Virus record (IMG/VR): IMGVR_UViG_2531839531_000013
Span: 1 to 36,622 of that record
DNA from: a virus
Lineage: Duplodnaviria; Heunggongvirae; Uroviricota; Caudoviricetes
Length of the DNA stretch: 36,622 nt
Direction: 5' to 3' (one strand)
Positions 1-9,570 of this stretch are shown in pieces (positions within the stretch are counted from its first letter, which is position 1; each line of letters begins with the position of its first letter). The notes under the pieces are model-generated. The model did not search any database. It was not told the DNA's origin and saw only the letters and a list, made by a program, of their open reading frames with translations. The position numbers and the translations under genes were made by a program.

Positions 1-39
1 ATGGCGCTCATAAATCTGGTATACTTACCTTTACACATT

Positions 40-402
40 GGGGCTGATTCTGGATTCGACGGGATTTGCGAAACCCAAGGTGCATGCCGAGGGGCGGTTG
101 GCCTCGTAAAAAGCCGCAAAAAATAGTCGCAAACGACGAAAACTACGCTTTAGCAGCTTAATAACCTGCTTAGAGCCCTCTCTCCCTAGCCTCCGCTCTT
201 AGGACGGGGATCAAGAGAGGTCAAACCCAAAAGAGATCGCGTGGAAGCCCTGCCTGGGGTTGAAGCGTTAAAACTTAATCAGGCTAGTTTGTTAGTGGCG
301 TGTCCGTCCGCAGCTGGCAAGCGAATGTAAAGACTGACTAAGCATGTAGTACCGAGGATGTAGGAATTTCGGACGCGGGTTCAACTCCCGCCAGCTCCAC
401 CA
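40..402 (+). ncRNA. ssrA: tmRNA (SsrA), complete, about 363 nt, ending in CCA
   Basis: Begins GGGGCTGATTCTGGATTCGACGGG and ends GGTTCAACTCCCGCCAGCTCCACCA; matches my memory of the E. coli tmRNA sequence, including the tag-reading-frame region. Confidence 0.95.
358..402 (+). repeat. attL core: 45-bp ssrA 3' end, identical to the copy at 35131..35175
   Basis: Exact 45-bp direct repeat ATGTAGGAATTTCGGACGCGGGTTCAACTCCCGCCAGCTCCACCA seen at both positions. Confidence 0.9.
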
Positions 403-412
403 AATAAATCAA

Positions 413-441
413 GGGGTTACGTGAAAGCGTAGCCCTTTTTT
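413..441 (+). terminator. Intrinsic terminator directly after ssrA (element-donated)
   Basis: GGGTTACG / CGTAGCCC stem with 6-nt loop followed by a T6 run. Confidence 0.6.
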
Positions 442-510
442 CTTTAGTAGTGGCGGCAAAATGGCGGCAGACATTCAGTCAAGCCCAGTTGCTACTACAT
501 GCGATCGCAA

Positions 511-1284
511 TTACAACTTAAAGAGTTTCGCTTGCCCTGGATTAACAGCTTCGACGTAGTTTTTGACCCCTATTCTGTGCGGCTCATAATTGCTTGAATA
601 GAAATCAATCAGGAAGTCACTCATTTTCTGAGATGTGACTTTCATAACTCCCTTACTCAAAGTTAAATTAAACACGCTAATCTTTGACGATGGTGCCTGA
701 GTTTTACTCATGTTGGCTTGATAACCAGATTTACGCATTGCCACTAGTGCTTCGTCGTAAGCCGCTTGTAATTGGGCCAAATCGTTTGACGAGATGATCA
801 CATCATCCATAAACACACTTAGCTTGAGATCATGATGTTTGTTCAATCGGCGTAGTAAGCTACCAAAATAACTTTTATCTAAGCAGAGGGTTGCAAGTAT
901 TGGAGATTGAACAAAACCAAAAGGGAGGACATGCTTATGTGGACTATGGGACAAGTTTCTTACAGTTGAAAATGTTGAGATTTCCCGCGCTTGAGAATAG
1001 GTGAAGTAGCTCTTTAGATCACGGGTGATACGACTACGGCTCGTTGACTGAAAAAATTGTTTAATATCAACAACGGCAAAAAAATCACTTTTTAAGTGTA
1101 ATCTGGCAGCTTTAAGATGCCCACCAGTTCTTAGATGGTAAAAATAGAGTGGCGGAATCCACTTGTTTCTGACATCCTGAAGTATCTTCCCTCCGACTTT
1201 ACGTGCCTCAACGCTTGGGACATAAACCCAAACCCCGGGCTTAATCTCAAATTTATCTTCCCACCTTTGAACTTCTATTGTCAT
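511..1284 (-). CDS. Compact reverse transcriptase (257 aa), retron-like; family not assignable by eye
   Basis: RT motifs in canonical order: VPSVEARKVGGKI (motif 1-like), FFAVVDIKQFF (motif 2), LPFGFVQSPILATL (motif 4), VFMDDVII (Y/FxDD catalytic motif), NMSKT (motif 6). AT-rich relative to the phage backbone. Confidence 0.8.
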   Translation of the reverse strand: MTIEVQRWEDKFEIKPGVWVYVPSVEARKVGGKILQDVRNKWIPPLYFYHLRTGGHLKAARLHLKSDFFAVVDIKQFFQSTSRSRITRDLKSYFTYSQAREISTFSTVRNLSHSPHKHVLPFGFVQSPILATLCLDKSYFGSLLRRLNKHHDLKLSVFMDDVIISSNDLAQLQAAYDEALVAMRKSGYQANMSKTQAPSSKISVFNLTLSKGVMKVTSQKMSDFLIDFYSSNYEPHRIGVKNYVEAVNPGQAKLFKL

Positions 1285-1426
1285 GAGTTAAATTGTTGTA
1301 GTTGAAGGCCATGTTAAGAACGGCGTAAACCGCACCAACTAAGCCAACAAACGCGGTTGCGCATTTGAGCATAGCGGTGATCAGTTCAACACGCGCCTTA
1401 ACTAAGCCAAGTTCGTTTGTATCCAT
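1253..1426 (-). CDS. Small single-pass membrane protein (57 aa), overlapping the RT start
   Basis: GGAGGA Shine-Dalgarno 7 nt before the second ATG (MDTNELG...); hydrophobic segment LKCATAFVGLVGAVYAVLNMAF; stop overlaps RT start by 32 nt. Alternative start at 1441. Confidence 0.5.
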   Translation of the reverse strand: MDTNELGLVKARVELITAMLKCATAFVGLVGAVYAVLNMAFNYNNLTHDNRSSKVGR

Positions 1427-1572
1427 AACTTGTTCCTCCATAGATACCTGACGTCTCTTAGCGCAAGCGCATGGCCCTAACTAAATAAAAAATAACAACC
1501 AGTTAGCCCAGAAAGCTTAACAAGTCGGCGTCCGATTACATGGCAATCAGGTAATCGGTCCGCAGTCGCAAA

Positions 1573-1684
1573 GCGACAAACTACATATCTACGGAGTGGG
1601 GATAAATCCCCGCTAACGTCAGGCATTGTTAATTTAACCTCAACTTATAGAAAAGTATAGTTTTAAATCATGTAGTTATGTCGC
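1573..1684 (-). ncRNA. Candidate structured RNA bounded by a 14/15-bp long-range inverted repeat, between the ogr stop and the RT operon
   Basis: GCGACAAACTACAT (1573..1586) pairs with ATGTAGTTATGTCGC (1670..1684), enclosing GGGGATAAATCCCC and GTCGCAAAGCGAC hairpins. Strand and transcription are inferred only. Confidence 0.3.
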
Positions 1685-1687
1685 CAT

Positions 1688-1906
1688 TTAAATCGGCAAA
1701 CCCACCTGTTTAAATTTATGAGGATGCGGCTGAACCGGATTTGACTCTTTTGGCGTTGCAATCGAACGAACAAAAGTTTCATGGGTAACAAAAGTATGGC
1801 TGCAGTTAATGTTCTGGCACTGGTTGTAACGCTCTTTGGTCAATGAAGATACCTGAAAACTGCTGCGAGTATGGGCGGCACTTCCACACAGTGGGCAAAT
1901 CATCAT
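1688..1906 (-). CDS. ogr: Late gene transcription activator, Ogr (P2) / B (186) family zinc finger
   Basis: CPLCGSAAH...KERYNQCQNINCSHTF matches the Cys-x2-Cys...Cys-x4-Cys Ogr pattern; about 72 aa from MMICPLCG. ORF track extends the start to 1939. Confidence 0.85.
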   Translation of the reverse strand: MMICPLCGSAAHTRSSFQVSSLTKERYNQCQNINCSHTFVTHETFVRSIATPKESNPVQPHPHKFKQVGLPI

Positions 1907-1996
1907 TTTTCGAGTTCTCCCCATTTTTGCTAAATTCACAATAATGATATCGCATTATTCCATTTTTCAAACTTAAAAGTTCTCCATTGTGAAGAA

Positions 1997-3097
1997 TCAT
2001 TCCATTTCGAGATCATCAACCTTCACTTCAAGCTCAAGACTGGTCGTAAAACCATTATCCGGGCTGACGGTATGTGTCAGAGTCGTAATGGTCCATTCCG
2101 CATCATCTATCGGCTGTTTAAAGCCACTGACTTTCACTGGCATTTCCGTGTAGAGATCTGCCCGCCCTTCCGCCAGTTGTAGCGAGAATGACGCAACGCC
2201 GCGTTGCAGGCGTTCCCACTGCATTTTCGCTGCCCGTTCAGCGTTGCTCCGGTTGGCATAAGTGCGATTAAGTACCAGCACGTTTTCATCCGTACCCACC
2301 AGGTAATCGCCCTGCTTCGCTTCCAGCTCTTTCTTCTGCTTCTTAGTCCTGCGCTTACGCTTCACCGTGGTGCTTTCTTTCTTCGCGGGTTCGCGGGTAT
2401 GCAACCAGCTGGCAATTATGCCCGTATAGGCTCCGCGATCTGCCAGGGTAAAGCGGTGACTGTCGCCGTCCTTACGTGTGATAGTGATCACCGGCAGTGG
2501 TTTACCGCTGGCACTTTTGCCCTGTCCCTGCCGGATGAATAACAGATTGCCATTTTTCACCGACGCAATAGCACCGTACTGGCGCGCCAGCCGCATCAGA
2601 AAACTACCGTCACTCTCATTAGTCTGGTCTATATGCTCCACGAGCTTATCCGACAGGTCTTTACCCAGTACCATCTTCAGCTTGTGCCGCGCGGCTATCT
2701 CCTTCACCACTTCCCCAATGGTGGTCTTGTGCCACGATTTTTCACGGCGGGTATTCAGCGTTTCCCGAAAATCAGCACTTCGCGCCCGGATAGTCAGGCG
2801 GTCCGGTGCGCCAGTGTGTTCAATCTCGTCCACCGTGAATGCCCCTTTCGGGAAAAGCGGCTGCCCCTTCCAGCCCAGCGCCAGCGTAATGACCGCACCA
2901 CGGCGCGGCAGCACGATTTTCCCGTCGGCATCGTCCAGCTCCAGATCAAGCTGGTCTGCTTCAAAGCCCCGATTGTCCGTCAGAGTCAGACTCATCAGGC
3001 GGTTATCCAGCACAGTGGTGATATCCCTGCCCTCAATACTGATGCTGAATGCCGGAGTTTTGTTGCTTTTGTTAAGCAGTTCAGAGCTGAAATTCAC
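1997..3097 (-). CDS. D: Tail protein D (late control D)
   Basis: 366 aa; position next to ogr and resemblance to P2 gpD as recalled. Confidence 0.85.
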   Translation of the reverse strand: MNFSSELLNKSNKTPAFSISIEGRDITTVLDNRLMSLTLTDNRGFEADQLDLELDDADGKIVLPRRGAVITLALGWKGQPLFPKGAFTVDEIEHTGAPDRLTIRARSADFRETLNTRREKSWHKTTIGEVVKEIAARHKLKMVLGKDLSDKLVEHIDQTNESDGSFLMRLARQYGAIASVKNGNLLFIRQGQGKSASGKPLPVITITRKDGDSHRFTLADRGAYTGIIASWLHTREPAKKESTTVKRKRRTKKQKKELEAKQGDYLVGTDENVLVLNRTYANRSNAERAAKMQWERLQRGVASFSLQLAEGRADLYTEMPVKVSGFKQPIDDAEWTITTLTHTVSPDNGFTTSLELEVKVDDLEME

Positions 3098-3579
3098 GAC
3101 AGCAGCCCTCCCACCGTTTTACTGATATCGCTTAAGGTAGACGTTGCCGTTTCCTGCAGATTATTCAGTTGCGCACTGAGATCACCGAACATATCGGACA
3201 GGGATTCATCCACCCGTTTGAGCGACAGGGTGAACTCAATCCGGCGCGGCATACCGTCGCGGAAAAACTCCGTTTTAGTCTGATTCAGTCCCTCAATCAC
3301 ATACATGCCATAAATCGTGCCGCTGCCTTCAATCAGGGGCCATGCTTTCCCCTGTTCTGCCATCTGCTCCAGTGCCAGCAACGACAGCCTGCCACCTGTT
3401 ATCTCCGGCATAAGAACACCGGAAAGCGTCAGCATGTCGTTGTCCGGTCCCAGAAACTGCGTGGACGGACGTCGGTTTACCCGGCTGTTTGCCGCATGTC
3501 GCCAGCTGCGTTGATACTGCAGCTCCTGATACGGCACGGTGCGCAGCATAAACACGTACAATCCCAGCACCATCATCAT
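3094..3579 (-). CDS. U: Tail protein U
   Basis: 161 aa between D and tape measure; overlapping stop/start coupling; P2 synteny. Confidence 0.8.
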   Translation of the reverse strand: MMMVLGLYVFMLRTVPYQELQYQRSWRHAANSRVNRRPSTQFLGPDNDMLTLSGVLMPEITGGRLSLLALEQMAEQGKAWPLIEGSGTIYGMYVIEGLNQTKTEFFRDGMPRRIEFTLSLKRVDESLSDMFGDLSAQLNNLQETATSTLSDISKTVGGLLS

Positions 3580-6500
3580 GCGTCGTATCCCCCCTGATCG
3601 CTGTAGTTACTCCTGGCTTTTGCCTTCAGCCTGCGTTCACGTTCATCAAGCTGGCGGGCCACCTCCCGCGCAATATCCTGCGCACTTTGTCCTGGCTGCG
3701 TCTGAATGATGATCTGCATCGGTGCCTCAATCCGTTGAACGGGCGGCACAGTGGCTGCACGACTCACCATCGCTTCGCCGCCTTTCGCGGGAAGTGCCAA
3801 AGGGTGCAACGGTGGAAGCTCTGCAGGCGCGGCAGCAACGCCCATCATTCCGGCAACAACGGCAGCCAGTGCAGCTGTATTTCTCCGGCTGGTCACATTT
3901 GCCGGGCCGTTAACAATTTCCGGCCCGTTTTCACCGACGATGCCAAACTGCCCGCGCGGGATATAGCCGCCGCTGTCATACATCCCCGCAAAGCCATATC
4001 CCCATGACGGAAAACCACCCGATGGCATCATCACTTTACCGTCTGCATTCACCGTCGCAGGTTGCTGACGCGTCACGCTTTCCGGCAGTTTCGCCTTTGC
4101 AGCCTCTTTACTGACAATGCCGAGTTTATCCAGCAACCAGGAAACGCCAGATTTCAGGGAGTCCAGCGGATGCATAACCATATTCAGCCCTTCCGCCAGT
4201 GCCTCCCCGAATCGTCGCCCCATTGCCGCTGCGCTCTGCAGTTCGGCAGAAGTCGACTTAACGGGCGTCAGCAGATCAGTAAACCAGCCCCACAGCGCCT
4301 GCACTTTGTCACCAATCCACTGGAACACAGGCTTAAGCGGTTCGAACGCTGCACTGATGGGACCTGCCGCCGCTTTGAATCCTTCCACCACGCCACCGAG
4401 AAATGCGGTGATGGGTTGCCAGTATTTCCAGACAACCAGTGCCACACCCGCCAGTGCAGTAACCACAAGACCTATCGGACTGAGCAGAGCACCTAACAGA
4501 CCAGATACGGTATACAGGGCAACGCGCAACATCGCCAGTGGACCAGATGCCAGTACTCGCAGCACCGTGCCTGCGGCAGCCAGCCCGCCGCGTAGTGCTG
4601 CCAGTGGATTCATAAACATCACAGCAACCGCACGTAAACCGGATAATCCAGACCGCAAAAGTGCAACCGGCGCACCTGCTACAGTTTTCAGGACATTTCC
4701 CGTCAGTGATGCCGTGCGGCGCAAAGACGACAACGGCGCAGTAAGTAAACCTGCGGCGTTGCCCGATGAAGCAAGCCCGCGTCGCAGCAGTGCCAGTGGT
4801 GCGCCAGCCAACCAGGACAACGCGCTGCTGGTTCGAGTTACTGCTGCCGTAACGGAAGATAACGTTTTGATACCCAACACAGAGAATCCCAGACGGATCA
4901 CTGCCAGCGGCCCCAGCACTGCAGCCAGCGCCACCGCTAAGGTGCCGAGGCCGACGGTAACCGCAGCCACAACAGCCGATGCTTTCATCAGTGTGCCTGT
5001 CAGTTCCGGGTTAGCTTCCACCCAGCGACGCAACGCCCCCGTGACGCTTTTCACCGTGTACAGAATATCCATCAGCGGCTGGCGCAGCGTTTCGCCCAGG
5101 CTGCTGAAGGTGTTCTGCGCTCCGGTTTTGACCAGCAACCACTGCGCAGAAAGTGAATCCTTGTTAATGTCGGATTCTTTCTGCATGGAGCCAAGCGCAT
5201 CATTGCCCGCTGTCAGTTTTAACTGACGCTGCAGTTCCGGCAGGTTGTTTGCCAGTTTCGCCGCGTCATCGCCAAACTCTTTACCAAACAACATAGTCAT
5301 GGCAGACAGGCGCTTGTCCTGCGGCAGCGCGTTTACCTTCTCCAGCACGCGCTGGATGGTTCCCATCGCATCCTTCGTCATCTGCTTTTCAATCACTTCA
5401 GGATTGAGTTTCAGCAGATTCATCCCTTCAAAGAAACTCTTGCTTTGCATGGTGGCAATGGACAATTCACGCACCATCGCGTTTGCTGCACTGGCTGCAA
5501 CCTCTGGCGCAGCGCCCAGTGTCAGGAAGGTGGAACCCAGCGCCGCCGCTTTACGATAATCCAGACGGTCAGCCACACCGCCCAGACGTTGCATCACATC
5601 AATGATGTCTGCCCCTTTCGACATGGCGTTATCATCCAGATAGTTCAGCGCATCACCGAGCTGTTCAATATTGCGGGTGGGGATTTTGTAGAGCTGGGCG
5701 ATTTTCCCCAGACTTTCTGACAGTTCATCCGCTGGCAGCTCAAAGGCTGTTGCCGCCTTTGCTGCCGTACTGGCGAAGGCCAGCAGGTCACGTTTCTGAT
5801 CTTCCCAGCTGTCGTCAGGGTTTGCGACGTTCATGCGCGCACCACCTTCAACCAGTGCAGCGAAGTCCACCGCACCGTTTTCCATCGGCAACTGTTCGCT
5901 GGCAGCCTTGATGGCATCCTGCATTTCATAAAAACGTGCAGTGCGGTTGCCATTATCGTCACGCAGACCATTGACCTGCTTTGCCACACCTTTCATGGCA
6001 TCTTCCATGCTGGTATAGCTTTTTACTGCCGCCATCACTGGCGCACCCATTGCCAGCCCTGCAGCCGTGGTGGTGGCTCCGGCACCTGCAATACGATCAC
6101 GCACCTCCAGCGAACGGGCATAACTGGCACGCGCTGCATTCATCCTGCGCTGAGCTTCCCCCAGTCGCTTCAGCCGCGCCTCCTGTTTCGAAAGTTCCTG
6201 GTTATAACGTGATGTTTCACGGGCTAAACGGGCAGTTGCTCCCGCATCGTCTTTCGCAGAAATTCCCGCCCGGTACAGTTCAGCACGCACAAGCGCCGTC
6301 TGCTGCTGCAGCTTTTTCTGGCGTTCTTCCAGGCGCTGAACAGCCAGCCGTTGACGGCCCAGAGCAACAACCTGACGTTGCGAAGGCGGCCCCATCGCTC
6401 CCAGTTCCTGACTGAGCAAATTTGCACGCTGGCGGGCATAGTTCAGCCTGTCGCCTAATTTCTGATTTTCTGCCTGCAGCTTTCGGAAGCTGTCCAGACT

Positions 6501-6653
6501 GCTCCCGGCCTGATCAAGCTGCTTTATTGCATCGCGGGATTTTTTGACAGCAGCAGCCAGTTCTCTTGAACTGGCCTGCGCAGATCGAAATGGGCGGGTG
6601 AGCTTGTCAACCGCATTAAGAATGACCTGCAGACGCAGGTTGTTATCACTCAT
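3576..6653 (-). CDS. T: Tail tape measure protein
   Basis: 1025 aa, coiled-coil N-terminal half and Ala/Gly/Leu-rich membrane-like repeats; P2 gpT position. Confidence 0.9.
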   Translation of the reverse strand: MSDNNLRLQVILNAVDKLTRPFRSAQASSRELAAAVKKSRDAIKQLDQAGSSLDSFRKLQAENQKLGDRLNYARQRANLLSQELGAMGPPSQRQVVALGRQRLAVQRLEERQKKLQQQTALVRAELYRAGISAKDDAGATARLARETSRYNQELSKQEARLKRLGEAQRRMNAARASYARSLEVRDRIAGAGATTTAAGLAMGAPVMAAVKSYTSMEDAMKGVAKQVNGLRDDNGNRTARFYEMQDAIKAASEQLPMENGAVDFAALVEGGARMNVANPDDSWEDQKRDLLAFASTAAKAATAFELPADELSESLGKIAQLYKIPTRNIEQLGDALNYLDDNAMSKGADIIDVMQRLGGVADRLDYRKAAALGSTFLTLGAAPEVAASAANAMVRELSIATMQSKSFFEGMNLLKLNPEVIEKQMTKDAMGTIQRVLEKVNALPQDKRLSAMTMLFGKEFGDDAAKLANNLPELQRQLKLTAGNDALGSMQKESDINKDSLSAQWLLVKTGAQNTFSSLGETLRQPLMDILYTVKSVTGALRRWVEANPELTGTLMKASAVVAAVTVGLGTLAVALAAVLGPLAVIRLGFSVLGIKTLSSVTAAVTRTSSALSWLAGAPLALLRRGLASSGNAAGLLTAPLSSLRRTASLTGNVLKTVAGAPVALLRSGLSGLRAVAVMFMNPLAALRGGLAAAGTVLRVLASGPLAMLRVALYTVSGLLGALLSPIGLVVTALAGVALVVWKYWQPITAFLGGVVEGFKAAAGPISAAFEPLKPVFQWIGDKVQALWGWFTDLLTPVKSTSAELQSAAAMGRRFGEALAEGLNMVMHPLDSLKSGVSWLLDKLGIVSKEAAKAKLPESVTRQQPATVNADGKVMMPSGGFPSWGYGFAGMYDSGGYIPRGQFGIVGENGPEIVNGPANVTSRRNTAALAAVVAGMMGVAAAPAELPPLHPLALPAKGGEAMVSRAATVPPVQRIEAPMQIIIQTQPGQSAQDIAREVARQLDERERRLKAKARSNYSDQGGYDA

Positions 6654-7082
6654 CGTTGGCCCCGCTTCTCTGAATCGCTTTATACCGCCATTCCAGCACT
6701 TCGGTCAGCGGCATAACGTCAGTAACGGATGGCGGCCAGTGAAAAATGGTGGCGATATCTGCCACCAGATCGTCAACCGTCAGGCTGTCGGTAAACCGGC
6801 AAGCACCGACTTCTTCAACAAAAAAGTGACAACCTCAACCGACATGGCAGTGAGATCTGCCGGGTCCATCTCTGCAATTTCCTGTGCAGTCAGTGCCGGA
6901 CTGGAGATGCGGGGGATCACGGTCATCATCGCGTTTACATCCATATCCATAATGGCCTGCAGGCGTGTACCGCGCAGCGCACCGGACTGCGGTTTACGCA
7001 GCACAATTTCGGTGATTTCTGTTTTACCGCGCTTGATGGGGGTATCCAGTTGAATGGTCTTTTCAGTCTGCTTATCGCTCAT
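6646..7082 (-). CDS. E': Tail assembly chaperone E+E', made by programmed -1 frameshift
   Basis: Slippery T TTT TTG on the minus strand (revcomp of 6819..6825); the -1 frame stays open to a TGA at 6646..6648 that overlaps the T start codon. Confidence 0.7.
6780..7082 (-). CDS. E: Tail assembly chaperone E
   Basis: 100 aa ORF directly upstream of T; contains the slippery heptamer near its 3' end. Confidence 0.8.
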   Translation of the reverse strand: MSDKQTEKTIQLDTPIKRGKTEITEIVLRKPQSGALRGTRLQAIMDMDVNAMMTVIPRISSPALTAQEIAEMDPADLTAMSVEVVTFLLKKSVLAGLPTA

Positions 7083-7136
7083 TTTGCTGTCCTGTCAATT
7101 GGGTTCTGGCGCGGTATCCCGCGCCGTTCAGATATA

Positions 7137-7652
7137 TCAGAGGCCGAGGGCGTTGCGGTGCGCTTCCATCAGGTCCACACCGTCCACAATTTCCACCATG
7201 TTGATAAGGTCCACTTCATAGAGCACCTCACCATTGATGGTCAGCTTCGCGTAGCTGTTGGTACTGGTCACTTTGGTGGTGTTGCTTTCGCCCGTCTTCC
7301 ACTCGCCGGAATCCACTTCTTTGTGACGTCCACGCACGACAAGCTCCACGGCCTGCACTTCCCCGGTATCGTCACGCTGAATAGAGCCGGTAAAGCGCAG
7401 CTGGATGCCATCCACCGTGGCTTTACCCATCTGTTTAAACAGCAGCAATTCAGTACCACCAATGGAAAATTCTGTGTCCAGCGCACTGTCATCAAGCCCC
7501 AGATCCACATCCACCGCACCCGGCATTCCGCCGCCGCGATACTTCTCATATTTGCGGGTAAATTTCGGCAGCGTCAGCGACTCAACGATCCCCTGCCAGT
7601 TGTTCCCGTCGTTAAACAGGTTCAGGTGTTTTAATTTGCGTGGTAATGCCAT
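7137..7652 (-). CDS. FII: Tail tube protein
   Basis: 171 aa; P2 gpFII-like sequence and position. Confidence 0.85.
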   Translation of the reverse strand: MALPRKLKHLNLFNDGNNWQGIVESLTLPKFTRKYEKYRGGGMPGAVDVDLGLDDSALDTEFSIGGTELLLFKQMGKATVDGIQLRFTGSIQRDDTGEVQAVELVVRGRHKEVDSGEWKTGESNTTKVTSTNSYAKLTINGEVLYEVDLINMVEIVDGVDLMEAHRNALGL

Positions 7653-7661
7653 GTTGTCCCC

Positions 7662-8834
7662 TTACGCGCTGACCTGGCTGGCGAAATTCACCAGGTACTG
7701 ATCGGTGATGCGCTGACGCAGCATCAGGTTTTCAAGTGGCGGCACTGGCGTGTAGTCGTAGTCGATGGTGAGTTTTCCGGCTTTCAGCGTGTCTTTGTCG
7801 TTCACCGACTCATCCAGCCAGCAATCACCACCAATGAGATAGCCCTGACTGACCAGGCTGCGCATTTTGGCGCGGATACCTTCGATAATGTCGCGGGCCA
7901 GCGACGGGTTAAGCGGTTTATCCACCGCCCACATGTGTGCTTCTGCCATCGTGTCCATCAGCACCTGCGCCGTGCGGGTGTAGTTTTCGAAGGCAAAGAG
8001 CGGGTCATCACTCAGGCAGCGGGAACCCCAGAAGCGGAAACCGTCTTTACGCACAAGCGTGGTAACGTCGTTCTGGTTCAGCAGACCTGCATCGGTTGCC
8101 GGGTCCTGCAGATCCCAGAACACATCTGCAGAAATTCCGGTGACACCGTTCACGCCCACGTTGGACAGGCTTTTGTGCCATCCGGTCTGCTCGTCAATTT
8201 TGGCGCGCAGACCAAGCGCACGGGCGGTGGCATATGCCGTTGCTTCGGCATTCAGCACCGTGTCCCAGCCAGTAAAGTCAGGCCAGATCAGCATCCCTTC
8301 GCGCTGGCTGAAGTTTTCACGGTAAGTGATCGCCTCCTGCACTGTCTTGCAGCCATACGCTGACAGGTAAGCAAATCCACGCAGGCTTTGCGCCACGCTC
8401 AGCAACTCAGTAGCTACCGCCTTGGTGTCGTGGCCTGGCACGCCGAGAATGCGCGGTTTAACGCCGAGCTGTGACTGGGCAGATAACAGGGCTTTCATAC
8501 CTGTTTTTTTACCTTCAGCAGTCACTGCGCCGATGATATTGGTCGTGGTTTCGTCTTCCGTTTCACCCTGCGGCACACGCACAACAATGGTCACGGGTTT
8601 TGCCTGGTCAGCGATGGCATCCAGCGAACGGGCCAGAGTACCTGACTCACCCGCTTTACCGCTGGCAGTCAGCACATCAGTGATCAGCACGGGTTTATTA
8701 AGAGGAAACATTTTTGCATCGGCATCATCGCCCGTGCAGACCATACCCACGATGGCGGTGCTCACCGTGGTAATAGATCGGGTGCCTTCGTTGACTTCAA
8801 CAACGCGCACCCCGTGGTGGTAATCCTGAGCCAT
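7662..8834 (-). CDS. FI: Contractile tail sheath protein
   Basis: 390 aa; P2 gpFI-like sequence and position. Confidence 0.9.
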   Translation of the reverse strand: MAQDYHHGVRVVEVNEGTRSITTVSTAIVGMVCTGDDADAKMFPLNKPVLITDVLTASGKAGESGTLARSLDAIADQAKPVTIVVRVPQGETEDETTTNIIGAVTAEGKKTGMKALLSAQSQLGVKPRILGVPGHDTKAVATELLSVAQSLRGFAYLSAYGCKTVQEAITYRENFSQREGMLIWPDFTGWDTVLNAEATAYATARALGLRAKIDEQTGWHKSLSNVGVNGVTGISADVFWDLQDPATDAGLLNQNDVTTLVRKDGFRFWGSRCLSDDPLFAFENYTRTAQVLMDTMAEAHMWAVDKPLNPSLARDIIEGIRAKMRSLVSQGYLIGGDCWLDESVNDKDTLKAGKLTIDYDYTPVPPLENLMLRQRITDQYLVNFASQVSA

Positions 8835-8910
8835 AGTGGCGAACCTCCTGATTGGATTAGGCTTCGCCCTATGTTGAAGTGATTGTGCCTGACAAACAGC
8901 TAAGCGCAGT

Positions 8911-8928
8911 TGTGTCGTTATTCACACA
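8911..8928 (-). promoter_or_regulatory. Candidate Ogr-dependent late promoter element (TGT-N12-ACA) upstream of FI
   Basis: TGTGTCGTTATTCACACA, centred about 85 nt upstream of the FI start codon. Confidence 0.5.
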
Positions 8929-8976
8929 AAATAACGGTATTTGTCTGCTTGCAGGGATAATCAACATAATGCTGAT

Positions 8977-9549
8977 TCAGGGGGATTCATTGATCTTATT
9001 TGCCGGAAATTTTCTATAAATGGTAGAAACGCCTACATCAAAAATCAGTGCAATACGCTGTCTTGATTCTCCGGCCTCGAGTAAACGCCCAATCTGTGCC
9101 CACTGTTCGGTGGTCAACTTAGGACGGCGTCCACCTACTCTGCCTTTGGCACGAGCTGCAGCCAGCCCTGCCCTGGTACGTTCAACTATCAGTTCGCGTT
9201 CCATTTCAGCCAGGGCACCCATGACATGAAAAAAGAAACGGCCCATTGGGGTACTGGTATCAATACTGTCAGTCAGGCTTCTGAAATTCACACCACGCTG
9301 GCGCAACTCTTCTATCAGCGTAACAAGATGCCGCATACTGCGCCCCAACCTGTCCAGCTTCCAGACAACCAGCGTGTCTCCTGCCGATAGTGTCCTGAGT
9401 AGTTTTTTCAGCCCCGGTCTGTCGGACTTAGTGCCACTGATTTTGTCCTCAAAAATCTGCTCACATCCCGCGCAGTTCAGTGCATTACGTTGCAAATCGG
9501 TGTTCTGGTCATTTGTTGACACGCGTACATAGCCAATAAGCATGATCAT
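8977..9549 (-). CDS. Serine recombinase, DNA invertase (Cin/Gin/Hin family)
   Basis: MLIGYVRVSTNDQNTDLQRNAL... closely resembles Cin/Gin as recalled, with C-terminal HTH. Start at 9549 or 9543. Confidence 0.9.
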   Translation of the reverse strand: MIMLIGYVRVSTNDQNTDLQRNALNCAGCEQIFEDKISGTKSDRPGLKKLLRTLSAGDTLVVWKLDRLGRSMRHLVTLIEELRQRGVNFRSLTDSIDTSTPMGRFFFHVMGALAEMERELIVERTRAGLAAARAKGRVGGRRPKLTTEQWAQIGRLLEAGESRQRIALIFDVGVSTIYRKFPANKINESP

Positions 9550-9570
9550 CCCCCTGAATAAAAACCGGAG

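Noticed and set aside
1337-1411. 11-bp direct repeat AACTAAGCCAA inside the small membrane-protein gene
   Set aside because: Both copies encode Gly-Leu-Val stretches of the hydrophobic helix; most likely coding coincidence.
1806-2000. 64-aa ORF overlapping ogr in another frame
   Set aside because: Fully overlaps the zinc-finger ogr gene, which has a clear family signature.
4117-5226. 369-aa plus-strand ORF rich in Ala, Ser, Pro, Arg, and several similar plus-strand ORFs between 2204 and 20000
   Set aside because: They are antisense to well-supported late genes (tape measure, D, U, tail fibre), have low-complexity composition typical of GC-rich antisense frames, and lack ribosome-binding sites.
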